From IMG/VR virus record IMGVR_UViG_3300037882_001770, positions 1 through 64,000 of that record: a stretch of 64,000 nt of DNA; one strand, written 5' to 3'. Made by a program: the position numbers and the translations under genes. Under the pieces are notes generated by a model that saw nothing but the letters and a program-made list of their open reading frames with translations, was not told where the DNA came from and made no database searches. Of this stretch, positions 35,537 to 49,700 are shown in pieces. Every line of letters starts with the position of its first letter. Positions within the stretch are counted from its first letter, which is position 1.

Positions 35537-36928
35537 TTATTTTGTCGCAACAATGGCTTCTACTGTGCCCTCGTTTACATCTGTTTTGTTTCGCAGTGCG
35601 CGACCAATAACATTAAACGCAGTGGCCTCACCTAACTTTGCAGATCTTGCTAGACCATTTCCAGCCGAAACCAAACGATCTCCTTTGTTTATCACGCCAA
35701 CTACTCTAACTGGGACCCGGCCTGTCATTGCCACCGGTGGGTGAGTTTTATCGTCGCCTGCTCCGGCATTCATGAGATAAGCCGCATTTGTACTTATAAC
35801 ACCAAATACATTTTCGCTCAATTCGTCAACAGAACAGGTGATTTCTGCAATACCGCCGAGCTCTACCACTGTGCCCGGAAGTAGTTCTACATCTGATTCG
35901 AAGCGTTCTGCAACGTCGGCGTATTGTGCCGAAGTTGCTTTGGCAAATACAGTGTTGAAATAGTTTGAACTTGAACCAAGATTGCCCACTCCGTTGGCGT
36001 TACTGTTGATCAAATTATTAACTGCTACGTTGCCGCCAGCAATGTTTCCGCTGAAACTTGGGATATCAACTACACCAGTGGTGCCGTTGATAGTAATTGC
36101 ATTGATTGGCGACCCACCTTGGTTAACTTGTATATTTAAATTACCATTAGAGGTTTGGTTAGCGAGAGTTACGGTACTGCCAGAAACACTTGCTTTAAAA
36201 TCTGAGTCCACGCCAACTTGCAAACCGGCATCATTTAGAACACCCACAGTGCCTGTAGTACTGGTGTTTGCTGTGGCTCGCATAAAGTCGGAGCTGGCTA
36301 AACTGTCAAGTAGTTGTGAATTGGTTGCTGTTCCTTGGAACAATTGTGGAACCGCGCCGATTGCTGTTGCTAAGGTAATGCCAGGACGAATTGTTGTGAA
36401 CCCTGTGATTGCAGATGCCGGAGTGAATGATGCATCTTTACTGATAATGCCCACAATGCTGTTGCCAACAGTTAATTCAATAACCGGGTGAGTCACTGCT
36501 AGGTTATCTGTGATAGTTGTTGTCTGAACACCTGTACCGTTGGTCACAGACGGACCAACTACCAACCAGGCAGTTCCGGTATATACATTTAATAATTGAG
36601 TAGACGTGTTGAACCAAAGATCACCAGCAATGTTGCTCGACGGAGCTGATGCACTGGCTGTTGATCCTGAAATTGTTTTAAAAGTAGTACCATTGTACAC
36701 TTTAAGAACAGCATTGGTTTTATCCCACCAAAGCTGACCTGTTAGTGGAGCACCGGGTGCTGTAGTATTTGCGCCGTTCTCCAAAAGATGAATAAAGTTT
36801 TCGTCTAAGAAATCACCGTATCCAGCGTAGTTTTTACCGATTAAGGTCATTGAACTGGCGGTGTTAATTGTACCATCTGGAATGGTAGCAAAAATTGTGC
36901 CGTCAGTTAAGTTAATTGTATATGCCAT
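35537..36928 (-). CDS. tail fibre protein with C-terminal intramolecular-chaperone/autocleavage-like domain
   Basis: GKNYAGYG..ENF..LLEN, GQLWWD/GDLWFN repeats; AQYADVAERF..PGTVV..GRVPVRV. Confidence 0.75.
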   Translation of the reverse strand: MAYTINLTDGTIFATIPDGTINTASSMTLIGKNYAGYGDFLDENFIHLLENGANTTAPGAPLTGQLWWDKTNAVLKVYNGTTFKTISGSTASASAPSSNIAGDLWFNTSTQLLNVYTGTAWLVVGPSVTNGTGVQTTTITDNLAVTHPVIELTVGNSIVGIISKDASFTPASAITGFTTIRPGITLATAIGAVPQLFQGTATNSQLLDSLASSDFMRATANTSTTGTVGVLNDAGLQVGVDSDFKASVSGSTVTLANQTSNGNLNIQVNQGGSPINAITINGTTGVVDIPSFSGNIAGGNVAVNNLINSNANGVGNLGSSSNYFNTVFAKATSAQYADVAERFESDVELLPGTVVELGGIAEITCSVDELSENVFGVISTNAAYLMNAGAGDDKTHPPVAMTGRVPVRVVGVINKGDRLVSAGNGLARSAKLGEATAFNVIGRALRNKTDVNEGTVEAIVATK

Positions 36929-36950
36929 TTAGTCTTACTCCGTCCTTTTG

Positions 36951-36957
36951 TATTTAC
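36951..36957 (-). promoter_or_regulatory. putative late promoter (RTAAATA)
   Basis: GTAAATA upstream of 36928; same motif precedes other structural genes. Confidence 0.45.
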
Positions 36958-36978
36958 CGCGCATTAATATACTCATAT

Positions 36979-37584
36979 TTATGCCGAACTTAAATTAGTC
37001 AAAGTCTGAATACGTAAGGTATAGTCAATCTGGATTTGCCTATTCAAACTTTTTTGTACCGGGTGAAAAATCACGTGTGTAATTAGGCGCAAATCTGTGG
37101 TGCTTCCGTTCCACGATTTTAATCCTAATTCGTCAAACACATATTCACCATTAAAATTGGTACTGTTATCAAATGCTTGTTGCCCTGCAGGCTCGCCGTA
37201 GTCCAATAAACAAGTTACCAAAATATCCGTATAAACTTTGCCAGTGGTGTGTAACACTGTCATTTTGTTGTTGGCCGGATCTGTGTCGGCAGCAGAGTTG
37301 TCGTTAACAACTTTGGCATAGGTTTGGTTGTACAAATCGGCATTTTGACCTGTGGTGTTGGGCGGCAAATATGTAATAACTCCGGTTGGGTCCACACTGC
37401 TTCCGCCATTGCCAAATGCCATTTCGTAAATGTATCCTAAGTTTCGATCGCTTAGGGTTTGTGCCATAGCAATACTGATATTCTCATAATGTATTGCATT
37501 TTTCTTATCTACTAAAACTTCTCCAGAAATTGGATCTGTGATTTTAACAAATCCTTCGATCTTGGCTAAACCTGGTTGAATCAT
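36979..37584 (-). CDS. virion structural protein (baseplate/fibre-associated)
   Basis: KKNAIH, FGNGG, FDELGL, LITHVIFHPVQKS; structural context. Confidence 0.7.
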   Translation of the reverse strand: MIQPGLAKIEGFVKITDPISGEVLVDKKNAIHYENISIAMAQTLSDRNLGYIYEMAFGNGGSSVDPTGVITYLPPNTTGQNADLYNQTYAKVVNDNSAADTDPANNKMTVLHTTGKVYTDILVTCLLDYGEPAGQQAFDNSTNFNGEYVFDELGLKSWNGSTTDLRLITHVIFHPVQKSLNRQIQIDYTLRIQTLTNLSSA

Positions 37585-37727
37585 GCTCGTTTCTCCACAA
37601 ATACTTCTTGATTTTTTGGATCAAAAATTTTCACAAAGCCTTCAACACTAACGCTTCCGGTCTCATTGGGACGTTTTGCAACAGGTTTTACAGTCGGGTC
37701 AGGGCGGTTAATTGTGTCTTTTTGCAT
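37581..37727 (-). CDS. 48-aa protein resembling the N-terminus of the downstream gene (not in ORF track)
   Basis: MQKDTINRPDPTVKPVAKRPNETGSVSVEGFVKIFDPKNQEVFVEKRA; ATGA-coupled; GTAAATA at 37735-37741. Confidence 0.75.
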   Translation of the reverse strand: MQKDTINRPDPTVKPVAKRPNETGSVSVEGFVKIFDPKNQEVFVEKRA

Positions 37728-37746
37728 TATGATTTATTTACCTTGA

Positions 37747-40700
37747 TTATAGTCCCCGTAAAAACCTTGCGGCCTTGGTCTGAGTATCTTGTAACGCTAC
37801 GCCATCACTAGCAGTATTAATACCCTGAGCATACCAGGTTACTCCACGACGTATTAGTATTGTAACTTCAACTCCGTCATCTGGCGGAGTATCAAATACT
37901 ACAGTTACAGGATTGTCAGCAATTATTGTATAGTTGCCAACTTGATATGTGCCGCCAACGTACACTTCGACTGCTTCCTCTAAACTGGTGCTGTCGAGTG
38001 TGCCAACATCAACGTTGTCTGCGGTAAAAGATACTGTGACGCCGTTTGCCGCAAAACTATTGCTAACGATGTAATTTTGATATTCTGCTGGTAGTAAATT
38101 ACCACGTCCCATATCATACAGATCAGTACCAACGCTGTGTGCCGCGGCAGCGGTACCAGCTGTTCCTCTACGTAAACTGCTAATAGTGTTGTTGACCGTA
38201 TCTCTTTCACGATACATGATACGTTCGCCGTCAATGGTAACAATACCCCAGATGTTGATATTCACATTTGGATCACTTAACCGACTTGCGTCTTCAACAT
38301 ATATTATGTCTGCAGTATCACTTAATGGTTGTGCTAATGTTGTTGTAGTTGCTGGCGTAATTCTATATGTGGCCTGCGCTCCGCGCATATCTTGAAATAT
38401 ACGGAATGCCATGGCTTCTGGAACCAGACTTTCGGTAAATTCAGTTATTATCACTATGTCAGATGCTGTCATTAAACCAGAAGTAAGAATTAACTCTTGA
38501 TCCTGAATGGCAAAATCCTGGCCATAGAATATGCGTTTACCATTAAAAGTGACCCAAAGTCGATCTGGATCTGTTATGGTTCTTTCTAAAGAAAGATTGT
38601 TAACAATTACTTCGGCGCCAGCACTGTAGTCAAACGATCCAGCTGTGCCATTGGTAACGTCTGTGGTGGTGCTTCTCGAATAGTTAGTTACTGCAATTTT
38701 TACTGCATATCCAAATGTTGGAGCCACATCAAATACCACAGTCAACGGCCCCGGAGTTGACAGTACCGTGTATCCACTAACCTGCAACACTCCGCCAACA
38801 TACACTGCAACTGGAAGATATGTTGTGTCAATTACTTGAATTGTATTGGCCACAAAGGTAGTAGACCCGGTTGCTACAAAATTTTGTTCTACTGTATTAG
38901 ATGCTGGAATAAAATCTGTATCATAATTGACTTCGTCGTACCCTTCCACTAGTGTGATACCAGTTACTACAGGCCCAACAAATACCTGAGTTAATATATC
39001 TTGTTGGCGAGTGTCGTTCCATGTGGTTACTGCAATGACGTCGCCATCTTGCGGGATCAGTCCTGCAGACGAATTAAATGTCAACTGATTATTATTGGAC
39101 ACATAACATTGAGTGTTTGTATCCACTGTAACCAACACGCGAGTACCAGGTTCTGGCAAGGTGTTAAGAATAATCGAACGAGCATCATCAAACGGACTGT
39201 ACGGTTCAACCGCAAAATCAACATTTAATGTCTGAGGTATATCGTTGAGATACACGTGAACTTCGTTGTCAGAAATCAACTGTTGACTGAATCCTAATCT
39301 ATTAGGCAATAAGAATTCTGTGCTGTCGTCGCTGTAGTATTCGGCGCCAGCAGATGTTCTGGCACGTAGTCCATTAACTGTCACAATTAAATTGTCAGGA
39401 TTACTATACTCTAAAGTATTAGTTAACTCGTACACTAATACTCCGGTTGTACCCGTAATAACCTGGGTTTGTGGCGCACTCCAGCTGTAATTAACTTCTG
39501 TGTCGTTAACCAAGGTTGGACCAATGGCTGTTAATGTTACTTCATCTGCACTTGCTAGTGTCGTTCCAAAGACAATACGAGTTTGCAAGTTCTCCGCAGC
39601 CTCGTACACATAATCGGTAGTTATTTGTCCATTAACAAATATTGCCAGCTCTTGTATTTCTGAAAATTGCACAGGAATCAACAAGGTATTGCCAATATCA
39701 GCGCCATTAACCAGAGCTTTGTATAACTGACTACCGCCGCCAAGCTCATATGAACTAATCACAATAATTTGTCCGGTAGTAGCACCAGACGTAACTGTGA
39801 CTGTTTGATTTACCCAGTTGACTGTGTAATTAACTCCTTCAACTAGTTGTATTCCTGTGCTTTGATTGGCTACTGTTACCTGTGAGGGATATGGCAGTAA
39901 TCCAGCAAAACTCATTTCAGACACAGTTGGATCTATCGCATACTTGATTACAACCTCTGGAAAACCATGGCCGTCAAGCGCCCAATAACTACCAGGACGA
40001 GTGTATACTCGCATGTCCATAGTATCAAACTCACTACCAGGAATTAGTTCTTCCGGTGCATGACTGCTGTAAGTGTCGATATAGGCGCCGCCGTCAACAT
40101 TGATATCTGTAAAGCGAGTTCCTAGATATAAATCAAGGTATGAGCTTTCATAAATTGCGTTTAACTCTGTGGTTTCTGTATAGCCAAGGCCATAAACCTG
40201 TACTCCGGGATAGTCCACTCCGTCAATCAACAATGGTAATTCTAGTCCAGGTTGATTTGAAGTGGGCGTGTAAAGTCCCATAGTGCGGTCAACACCTGTA
40301 ATGTATGTTGATCCGGGTGTAATCTCATAGTAGTTGCCACTGGTGTTGTACTGCAAGGTAACTAGTGCTGGGTTTACTCGAATCCACTGCTCAGGATTAA
40401 ATGTGGGACTGTTTACAGCACTGCTGTCGTCACTGTTGGCCTCCCAAATCTGATCAATATATCTCACCAACGTACCGTTGTCAAAACTGGTATTGGCTTC
40501 CCAATCCATAATGGTACTAGAGTATTGATATCTGTCATACTTCATCACTGTTTTGATTGAGCGCACCAGATCATTGCCCATGATTGATGTCGCACGAGCG
40601 CCTAGTCCGTTACCGCCAACAAATGTTATTTCAGCCGTAGTGCTGTATCCAGATCCTGGATTATCAACAGTAACTCCTACTACCTGCCCTGCACTGTTAA

Positions 40701-43700
40701 TGATTGCTGTCATTTCTGCTGGTACTTCACAATCTCCTGTGACCACAACTTCTGGTGCTACTGTGTATCCGGCGCCGGTGTCAACTACATTTACTCCCTG
40801 AATACTCAACAAGTAATTATTGTACCATTCTTTCCATGGACGCAAGGTCCAAATTTCTGAGTTAGGTTCGGCATCACTTACAGTCGATTCACCTTCGCTT
40901 CTGGCCTGTGTATATGGTGTCAATACTGGGCTAACATATTGTGGTGGCACCAACTCGGTATTAAAGTATGCCGGAATATCGAAGTCTGTTAGGTCTCCAA
41001 AATATGCATCGCTACCGTCGTACGTCAAGTTAAACTCTCTAATTTGCACATGATATGGCTTAACTTCTTGAATATAGTCTAGTACAAAGTCCTGGTTGTC
41101 TTGCAAGTAGGTCTGGAACGGTAATAGTGCGCGGATCTTGTGGTCAACATCAACTAAACTGGTTTTAACCAACCACTCTGGTGCAGTAAATTCACTATAA
41201 ATGTAATGGAACATCAGCATCAAGCTGCGATTACGTTCAATTGCTAAGTCATCAATAAACAATTCTTCATTGATGGCTTGAATGATTTTTCTGGTTTCAA
41301 TTACAGGCTCTTGATCAAAGTATTGAGCGTCAAATACTTCAACGTCAAATCCAAAATTACCAAGTGCATAATTCCATAGTTCTTGATTGAATTGAATGGT
41401 TCCGTCCTGCAATCCTACCCGGTTCCATCCCAGGTCAGTTCTTTGATACACTTCAAATTTGCCTTGTGCATTTGCAGTCACTTGAACACTGCTACCAACC
41501 GGCACTGCTGTCAAGGTCAATGTGTCTAGACTTGTGTAGTTTGGAACTTCGGCTACAGGATTAATGGTGTTGTTATAGCCAGGAAGGTACCAATCAATAT
41601 GGCTCCAGTAGCGGCGAGTATCATAATTTTGTACACGAACAAGATTTAATACACGAACCGATGCCACTTCAGCAACTTCATAAATGGTCCATAGTCCATT
41701 TTGTGAACTGTCAGAATCTACTAGATATAGGTATCCTAGTGCTACTGTATTGATGTTTTGATACCCAAGCACGTCCAAGTTGGCCACACGAAGGTTCCAA
41801 ATTGTAGTAGAATCCACAGTTGCTGGTGGTTCTGGCTCGCGACTGTTTAACAAATTAAAACTGCGCATTTCCACAATAGGATATTGTGCCAGCACGGTAT
41901 TTGCACGAGTTAGATAATTTTCTAGTGCGGTATAACGGTCAGCAAACATACTCTGGCGTGGGCGGAACTGTACACCATAACGTTCAGCCGGACTAAGGAA
42001 TGGGTCTGGAACAACTCCGCCACGAGTATCGACTCCGCAGAACGAGTCTTGCATCTTGCGATACAAGATATCATTTAAGAAAGAATCCCCCCGACCGTCG
42101 GCAATTAATTGAAATTCTTGATGCACCGCTGCATCTGTGAATTGACGATCATACTCAATATGTAAAATTGTATCGGCAGCGGAAACTAAATCTAATGCAT
42201 TGTAAATTGCAACAGTACTGGCATTCAACGGTGCCACATACGGAATACCGCTTGACCGTGGGTTTTCAATATATCGAGCAATGCCGGTTGAACTTAGGGT
42301 TTTTCCTGCCTTGGTATCAATGGTTGTTAATCCGCGAACCCAAAAATAGTATCTAGTTTCAAGAATATTTTGTTGGTTCAGCGCAGTACTTACAGTATAA
42401 CTTGAAGTACTTAAAGGAGTACCGGGCCCCGGGTATGATACAGGAGCGACCAAACTTGAAATCCATTGATAGATATCAACTCTACTACCAGGAAATAACT
42501 GTCCCCATCGTCGACTTGCATAAACAATATCATCCTGATTAGGATCAATGAATCTTACTGTATCGGTATCCCACCAAATTTCTCCAACATGTTCTTGTGC
42601 CCAGCTATTTCCAAGGTTATGAATGGATCCAACGTTGTAGTCTGCTGGATCAACTGCTCCAATATAGTCAATATTTCTTTGTGCGGCTCCAAGAATTTTT
42701 CCTTGTAACGGATTAAAAAAGTCAAAATACTGCTGGCCACCCGAAGTTAACTTGTCGTAGGCAAAGACAGAATTTATCAAGTCAATGTCAACCACCGGCT
42801 GTTGCTGATGTATCACTGCCCAGGCTGGAGTATCATTTACATTGTTGAATACACTGACCCTACCGGCAAAAGTTAAATTTTCAACTGTGCTGTTAGGACT
42901 GCCAATTATTAATCGGCTACTGGTGTAGTTGACTGCTGTGCCAAATTCATCATTGGCTGCGATTGACGTATCATAAATTTGTTGACCAAACACAAACAGT
43001 CCAGGGTTAGAAATATTGTCAGTGCCACTAGACAAGTAATCAAACGTATACACTACACCACCGTCGGCAATTGGCGTAAAAAATGTTGTGCTGCTATCGT
43101 CAAATACTGTGTTACCGCCATCAAATGTAACCGGCTCATACACATTGCCATGTGGAGCTCCTACTACCAATGTTGTACTGTCATCGTTAATGTTCAATGC
43201 GCTGCCAAATTTAGCATACGCCGACGCTGCTGGACTAACGATAGTCTGTGTCCATGGATAAGTGTCAAACAATAAATCTGTGAATGCCGTAGGCAACACC
43301 GACGATACTGCGCTTACTACCCCTGGCAATATTGTAAGTTTATTAAATGGTGTAGCTGCTATTGAATTTTTCACCGATAATGTTAATCTTCCAGATACTA
43401 CCAAAATTACACTGTTCTTAGCCGGAGCAGAAGTAAAGATTATTTGTTCTGAAGTATTGTTGTAACTATAATCAACACCACTAGTTTGTAATACATTATT
43501 TACATAGACCACAGTGGTGTAAGAATCGGCTGCGGAGTATAATGATCCAATACCAAATATATTGGTTATTCCATCGCCGGCAAATGTCAGGTCGGTTGTA
43601 GTTGATGCAATCACATTAGGAATTGGCGGATCAAACGTGTTGATTGCATTGGCAAGACCGCCTACTGTGTTGTTGGGGCTGTTAGGAACAGTGACTTCGA

Positions 43701-46700
43701 TATTGTTGATGCGGATAGTATCGCCAGCAACCAACGTTGGATTGGCAATTAGTGATGTTGTCACTCCATACACCCGAGATTGATTAACTCGGCGATCCAC
43801 AGACCCGGCCTGTGACAATACCGAACCGTCAAATGGTGCTCCAATATAGATACTGCAATTTGTTGGGCACACATCAATGGCATGACCAAAGTCAGCTTCG
43901 TCAAATGGGGAGTTTGCAGAGATTGTCTGCACCAATTGGAACTGATTTGTTTCTATTTCTAATATATCACCAATGGTCAACTCTGTTGAACTTGACAGTA
44001 CCACGTCACTTCCAACAATTGTGTACTGCCCATTAACTGCAAACTGTGTGCTGGTTAAATATTCACCATTTAATACTACCATTATAGGATCGACCGGAAC
44101 TCCTGGAATTGCGTAAGTATCTTCTAAAACATCATTTACGCTGTAACGAATTACACTGCGGTCATATACATAAGTGTTTCCTGCTAATATAGGTGTTGGT
44201 GCTCCATTAACTGTGATTGTAACTTCATCGTCCGGTGCTCCAATCATCACTTGACGGCCGTCGGTTGTGGTGTCAACACTATGGCCAAATCGTGATCCGG
44301 AAGGACCGGTTATAGTATCAGCATACTGCCAGTATACACCGGCTCTGACTGATATAACCGACCCACTACCCGGCAAGGTAGTAAAGGTAATAGTTGTGGT
44401 TCCGTTGTTAAATGTATAATCTAAAAACGGACGTTGTATAATTCCATCGACTACTACTGTGAATGAATAAATGTTGGTAGCAGTATACAAAGACGGTTCA
44501 AGATTGAACGAAGCTGTGTTTGAAATGCCACCACCAGTGAACGTGAAGTCGGTAATTATACCAGCAACCAATGTTGTGACCCCGGTGATTGTAATAGTTA
44601 CATCGTTTGCAGGGCTAGTGCCACCAATGCTGGTTCCCGGAATGGTTAATGTATTTCCTACTGTGTAACCCGTGCCCGGATTTACAATAGTTACGCCGTA
44701 GACCCCCCGCACATTGTTAACACTGAAACGAGCGCCAGTGCCAGATCCACCAGTTGCTACGACATTAACATACACTCGGCTGTCGAGCTGTACTGTATCT
44801 CGTCGTGCGATGTTAAGTGGTTGATCCGCAATTGGTGCAATTGTGAATATTACATCTTCGGCATCGATTGTGTAGTCGGCGCCGTATGTTAATTGATTAC
44901 TGTTTAGCGTTACTAATAACTGTGCTGGATTAGCACTGTCAATTTGAATCGTGTCTGAGTAATTAAATGACGCAGTGCTGCCATCTGTTCGATAGTTTAC
45001 CGATTGTGGATCAGCATCAACACGACCATATGCATACACACGGTCTCCATCAGGAGCACCAACATACATCCAACGTTCATCTCTGCTGATAGTCACCGAC
45101 TCACCAAACTTGATAGGATCAATCACAGAAGGATTGATGTCAGGTGGTATTAATAATTGTACCTGTAAGAAATCTGGTGTGGTCGGAATCTGATAAAGAG
45201 ATATCGCGTACCCGGTGTTACTTAAACTCTTGCTTGCGCCAGCAACTGCCCACGACTGATTACCAAATTTTACGCTATTACCAAAGCCAACAGTGTTGGC
45301 AGCCAACAGCACCAGAGTGCCACTGTCAATATACAAATTATCTACGCCTTGATTAAAGGCGTTAATTGTGCCTGCTCCCGAGTTGGCGCTAGGTGCTCCA
45401 ACTAGTGCTGAAAAATTATTAAGAGTCTGCGTAATACTTGTTCCAAAATTTGCATTGCTTTCCACTGACTCTGCTGTGATCTCATTATAACTTGTGAACG
45501 GATTTTGTTTTTCTAAAACTGCCCAGTGCCCGTTTCCGTTATTGTCAACCCAGGCCTTTGCGCCAGCTGTTAATAAATTTGCAAAAGGCAACAATGCAAC
45601 ATCACTGGCCTGAGTGACCCGCGAGCTTTGTAGTTCAAATGCCAAGCCTTCGCCAAATACCTGTGTTTGGTTGGTGTTGTTGAAGTTGAATGCAATAACC
45701 ACCGAAGTGATTGAAGGAACAGACAACACTCTGTAGACTCCGTCGATTGCAGTATCAAAATAACGAATAATAATCAAATCACCAACTTCTAAATCGTGCG
45801 CCGTATTAAATTGCGCCACACTGGTACCGTTTAAATTATCAATTACTTGTTGAACTTGACCCGCAACACGTCCACAACGATAGATGTTCCAGTCGTAACT
45901 GTTGGTTTTGGCCACCCAGATAATTGTACCAATCCCGATGCTATCCAAACTAGCCGAAATACTCGAAGGATCGTCTAGGCTGAATACGTTGATATCTGTA
46001 TCATTAAGATTTACATACCCGGCACTTGGCAATGCAGTATCTGTTTGTGTTGTATAAGTGGTCGGTAATATATCTGTGGATGTAAGTTTATAACTTTCTC
46101 TCCAGACGTCTGACAGCAACACAGTCTGCTCGGCGTTACTCTGCTGTTGTGGCTGAATAACTTGTATTGTGCTAGGATTTGACGATAACAATGCTTCGTT
46201 TAATCTCAATTCAATGAAACTACGATTGGCATTGGCACCATACGTTGACACCAATACTCCCCAGTTTTCGTAAATATTGTATTCAGCACTTTCTTTGCCA
46301 AGGTCGGCTCGTGTAAATATTTCTGCACTGCGAACTGTGCCTTTAGATTTTAAAAACTGTTGATAAATGTTTACTTGACTTACGTCGTCAAGATTCAATG
46401 CTTCCATGTACTGGCGTGGGCGGAACCCAATTAATCCATAACTTAATAGATCATTGTCGCCTTCAAGGTTGGCCACATTGGTATTGTAACTGTTAGCCAA
46501 TTGGTCGGCTTTGTTTGCAATATTGGGTAACAGGCCTTTTTGTATTGCAGTATAATCGCTTTTGACCCAGTCGTTGTAATCAAACTCCAGCTTAGGTTGT
46601 ATGATCCCTTGAGCTGACCAATAAGTGCCTTTATACTTGACAATCTCACCTTTGGTATATCTACGATTTGATTTCCATTCTTTGACATTGTCTTGATTTA

Positions 46701-49700
46701 AAATAAATCCTTGAGCATCAAGTGTTCCATTCCACTCGGTAGTCGTGGAAGCCATAATACGAATACGGTTTTGCCTAGCGCCAGTGGTTGGATTGTAAAT
46801 TAAATCGTTAAAAATGCTTAAATTATCTAATACCACTAAATTTTCATAATTGGTAAAGCGTAGTTGTAGGTATGATATTGTTTGGTTAGTAGCCGAACTA
46901 ATAGTAAAGCGATTGTCAATACGTTCAATTAATAAATCTCTAGTAGGCAATACCGTGCGATTTTGATCTAGCAACATATTTTCAGGTGTAACGCTAACAA
47001 TGGTGTCAACCACTGCACCCGGACGCACCGCGGTGAGTTTTGATGCCGACGGATTCAAGTTGATCATGGTGCCAACTGCCCATCCTTGTTGACTGAAATA
47101 TAAAAATTCTTCAGCCATTTGGTTCCAGTTTAGAGTATACCCATTTTCAACATCGTCAAAAACTAAACCCTGGCTCTTAAGGTACGCGCCATAACTAAGA
47201 ATAAAATCAACCATGATGGTGGTGTTGGTAAACACGTATCCATATGGAACTTGAACAACTGTGTCTGTATACTGTGATGGAACTCGAACACTTGCGCCGC
47301 CGGCTGACACAGTGGTCAATAGGCCATTGCTGGCGCTGGCAAATATTTGAAAATATGGTGCTGTGGTACTATACCCATAGACTGCGTATCCGTTTTGAAC
47401 ACGCTCGATGATTAATGCGCTATACACAATCTCAGCAAACGGTTGGTTTTTGTATAATAATAAATTGTAGCTTTCGTCAGGCAACAACAGGCCCGAGTTC
47501 AAACTGTCAGGACTTGATCGCTCTGTGTAAATTTTTAAATACTGTTTGTCTGTGAAGGTGGCCATGCGATAACATAGTCTTACATCCAAATTCTGTAAAT
47601 CTTCTGTTAGTCTAGTTGTACTACTACGTCCCAACTGTTGGTTATAGTCAACAATCCAGTTGATATAGCTAGCTTTGCTAACTCCGTTTCCGTATACTTC
47701 GATTCCATTGGCGTCTAATCTATAACGACCGTTGTACAAGTACTGATCCAACTCAGCATCAAATCGATATAAGTCGCGGTCTGCAAATAAACTAAAAAAT
47801 TGTGCTGGCCGTGTTAGTGCCAGTAACCGCATAACCGCAAACGGATAACTAGAACTAGTCCACCAAGCACTTTCAGCTGGGCCGCCGTCACCGACTACCC
47901 AGCTCTTACGGAATGCAGTAGGATCATATGGACCCACAACACTGTCGATCGGAGCTAACAGTTGCCCCTCTGACCCAGCGGGTAACACCGAGGTCAATCC
48001 AGGGCGACGGTATTTTTCAATCACATACGGAGCAACAGGATCCGCTACATAGCCGGCCTCTAGATCATCCCATAGAACTAAGTTATCACTGGTGTATGGA
48101 GCAGGACCATATTGGTCTACCCACCAGGCTGGTTCCTCGCTGAATCCCAACATCTCCCAAGGGCGTGTATTAGGAGATTCTGTATCATAGAAATAACGAT
48201 AAATTCCGCGCCACGCTCCTAATAGTGGGGTATTAGTAATCCTATTTCCGGCACTGCTGTAATTGTAAGTAAACGGATTATTGGCAATATAATCCTGAGT
48301 TTTGTAATCAATTTTGTTCCAGCCAACCCAAGTTAAAAAGCTCTGGCTTAATATATTTGTAATTTCGGTTTGGCTATAACCAGTGGTTCGGAAAAATCCA
48401 GGTGCAATATCAGCAAATGACAACGGCGTTGGATTGTTGTCATTTTTTAAATTGTTGTAAATTCTGGTTTCAAATTCTAAAAGAATCTGATCTCGTATAT
48501 CACCAAAGGCCACTGTGATGCTGCCGTCGTGCCCTTGAATAACTGTTGTAGGATTTACATAGCTGGTGTCAACATAAATTTCAGGCCGGAACCGTGGATA
48601 CAATCCAATTTTAGTCGGAGTGTTTGGTACATAATTGCCGACCGTGGTTGTATATTCGCGAATGGTTACTTTTTCACCAACTGCCAATGGTATTGTAATT
48701 GTCAATCGTGGTCCGTCTATTGCTACATCGTATTCAATGCCGCGCTGCAACAACACTGTTTCGGGCTGATTATTTACAGTACGAGTAAGATATACCAACA
48801 GTCCTAGATAATTTGAACTGGTAAAATCATAAGTTTGTAGTGTGCTGAATATGTTAGTTGTAATTGGGGTGATTGTTGTAACTGTGTCTGTAAACACCGA
48901 TCCGGCAGGCAACATGTCACTCCAGTAAAATGGATTTAACTCGGTTCTTCCTTGGGTGATTTCGCTGATAGCCGAATCTAAAATTTGTGAAACTGTTTGA
49001 CTTACATAGTCATTACGGATTACAGTCTCTAGCAGTTGAGATTTAAATTTGATATACTCTCTGCTGTTATATTCAATCGATGCAAATATGTTATACTCTG
49101 GATTCCGCATAAAGTAGCCAGCAAGAGTAAGCGGGCTACTTTGTTGTAGTATTTGTAAACCATAAGGAATTATATTACCAAGGTCACGAGTGTTATTAGC
49201 TCCATTAATTGGGCCTTGCAACGCAATAAGATTTTTTGCAATCGAACCATAGTGACTGCGAATGGTGCCTAGAGTAAAAGTGTCGCTGTTGGCATTTAGC
49301 GGATTAGATTCAAGATTTCCGGGCACTTGGTAAAAGCCAACTGCACTAATTTGATCGCTCAACACTTCTACTTCAATAATGTCGCCAGGAACATAGGCTG
49401 TGGTCAAAACAATAGTAGTTGTGTTGTCTGTGGTAGTGTAGGTATAATTTCCTGTTTCTTGGAACTGAGAACCAACATACAATTGAATTGCAGGAACAGT
49501 ATTATTTTCTACAACCTTGACATCTAATTGTAGTGGACTGCCGTCGTATGTGAATTGGAATTGTTGTCTTATCAACTCCGGAGTTACTGCTGGTTGCCAC
49601 CCAATTTCGCGAACATATGTGATACGATCACTGTATTGACGCACGAATCCAATACTGGTTGGTTGTGTTTTTCCTACTGAATCAGTTACATAAACAAAAG

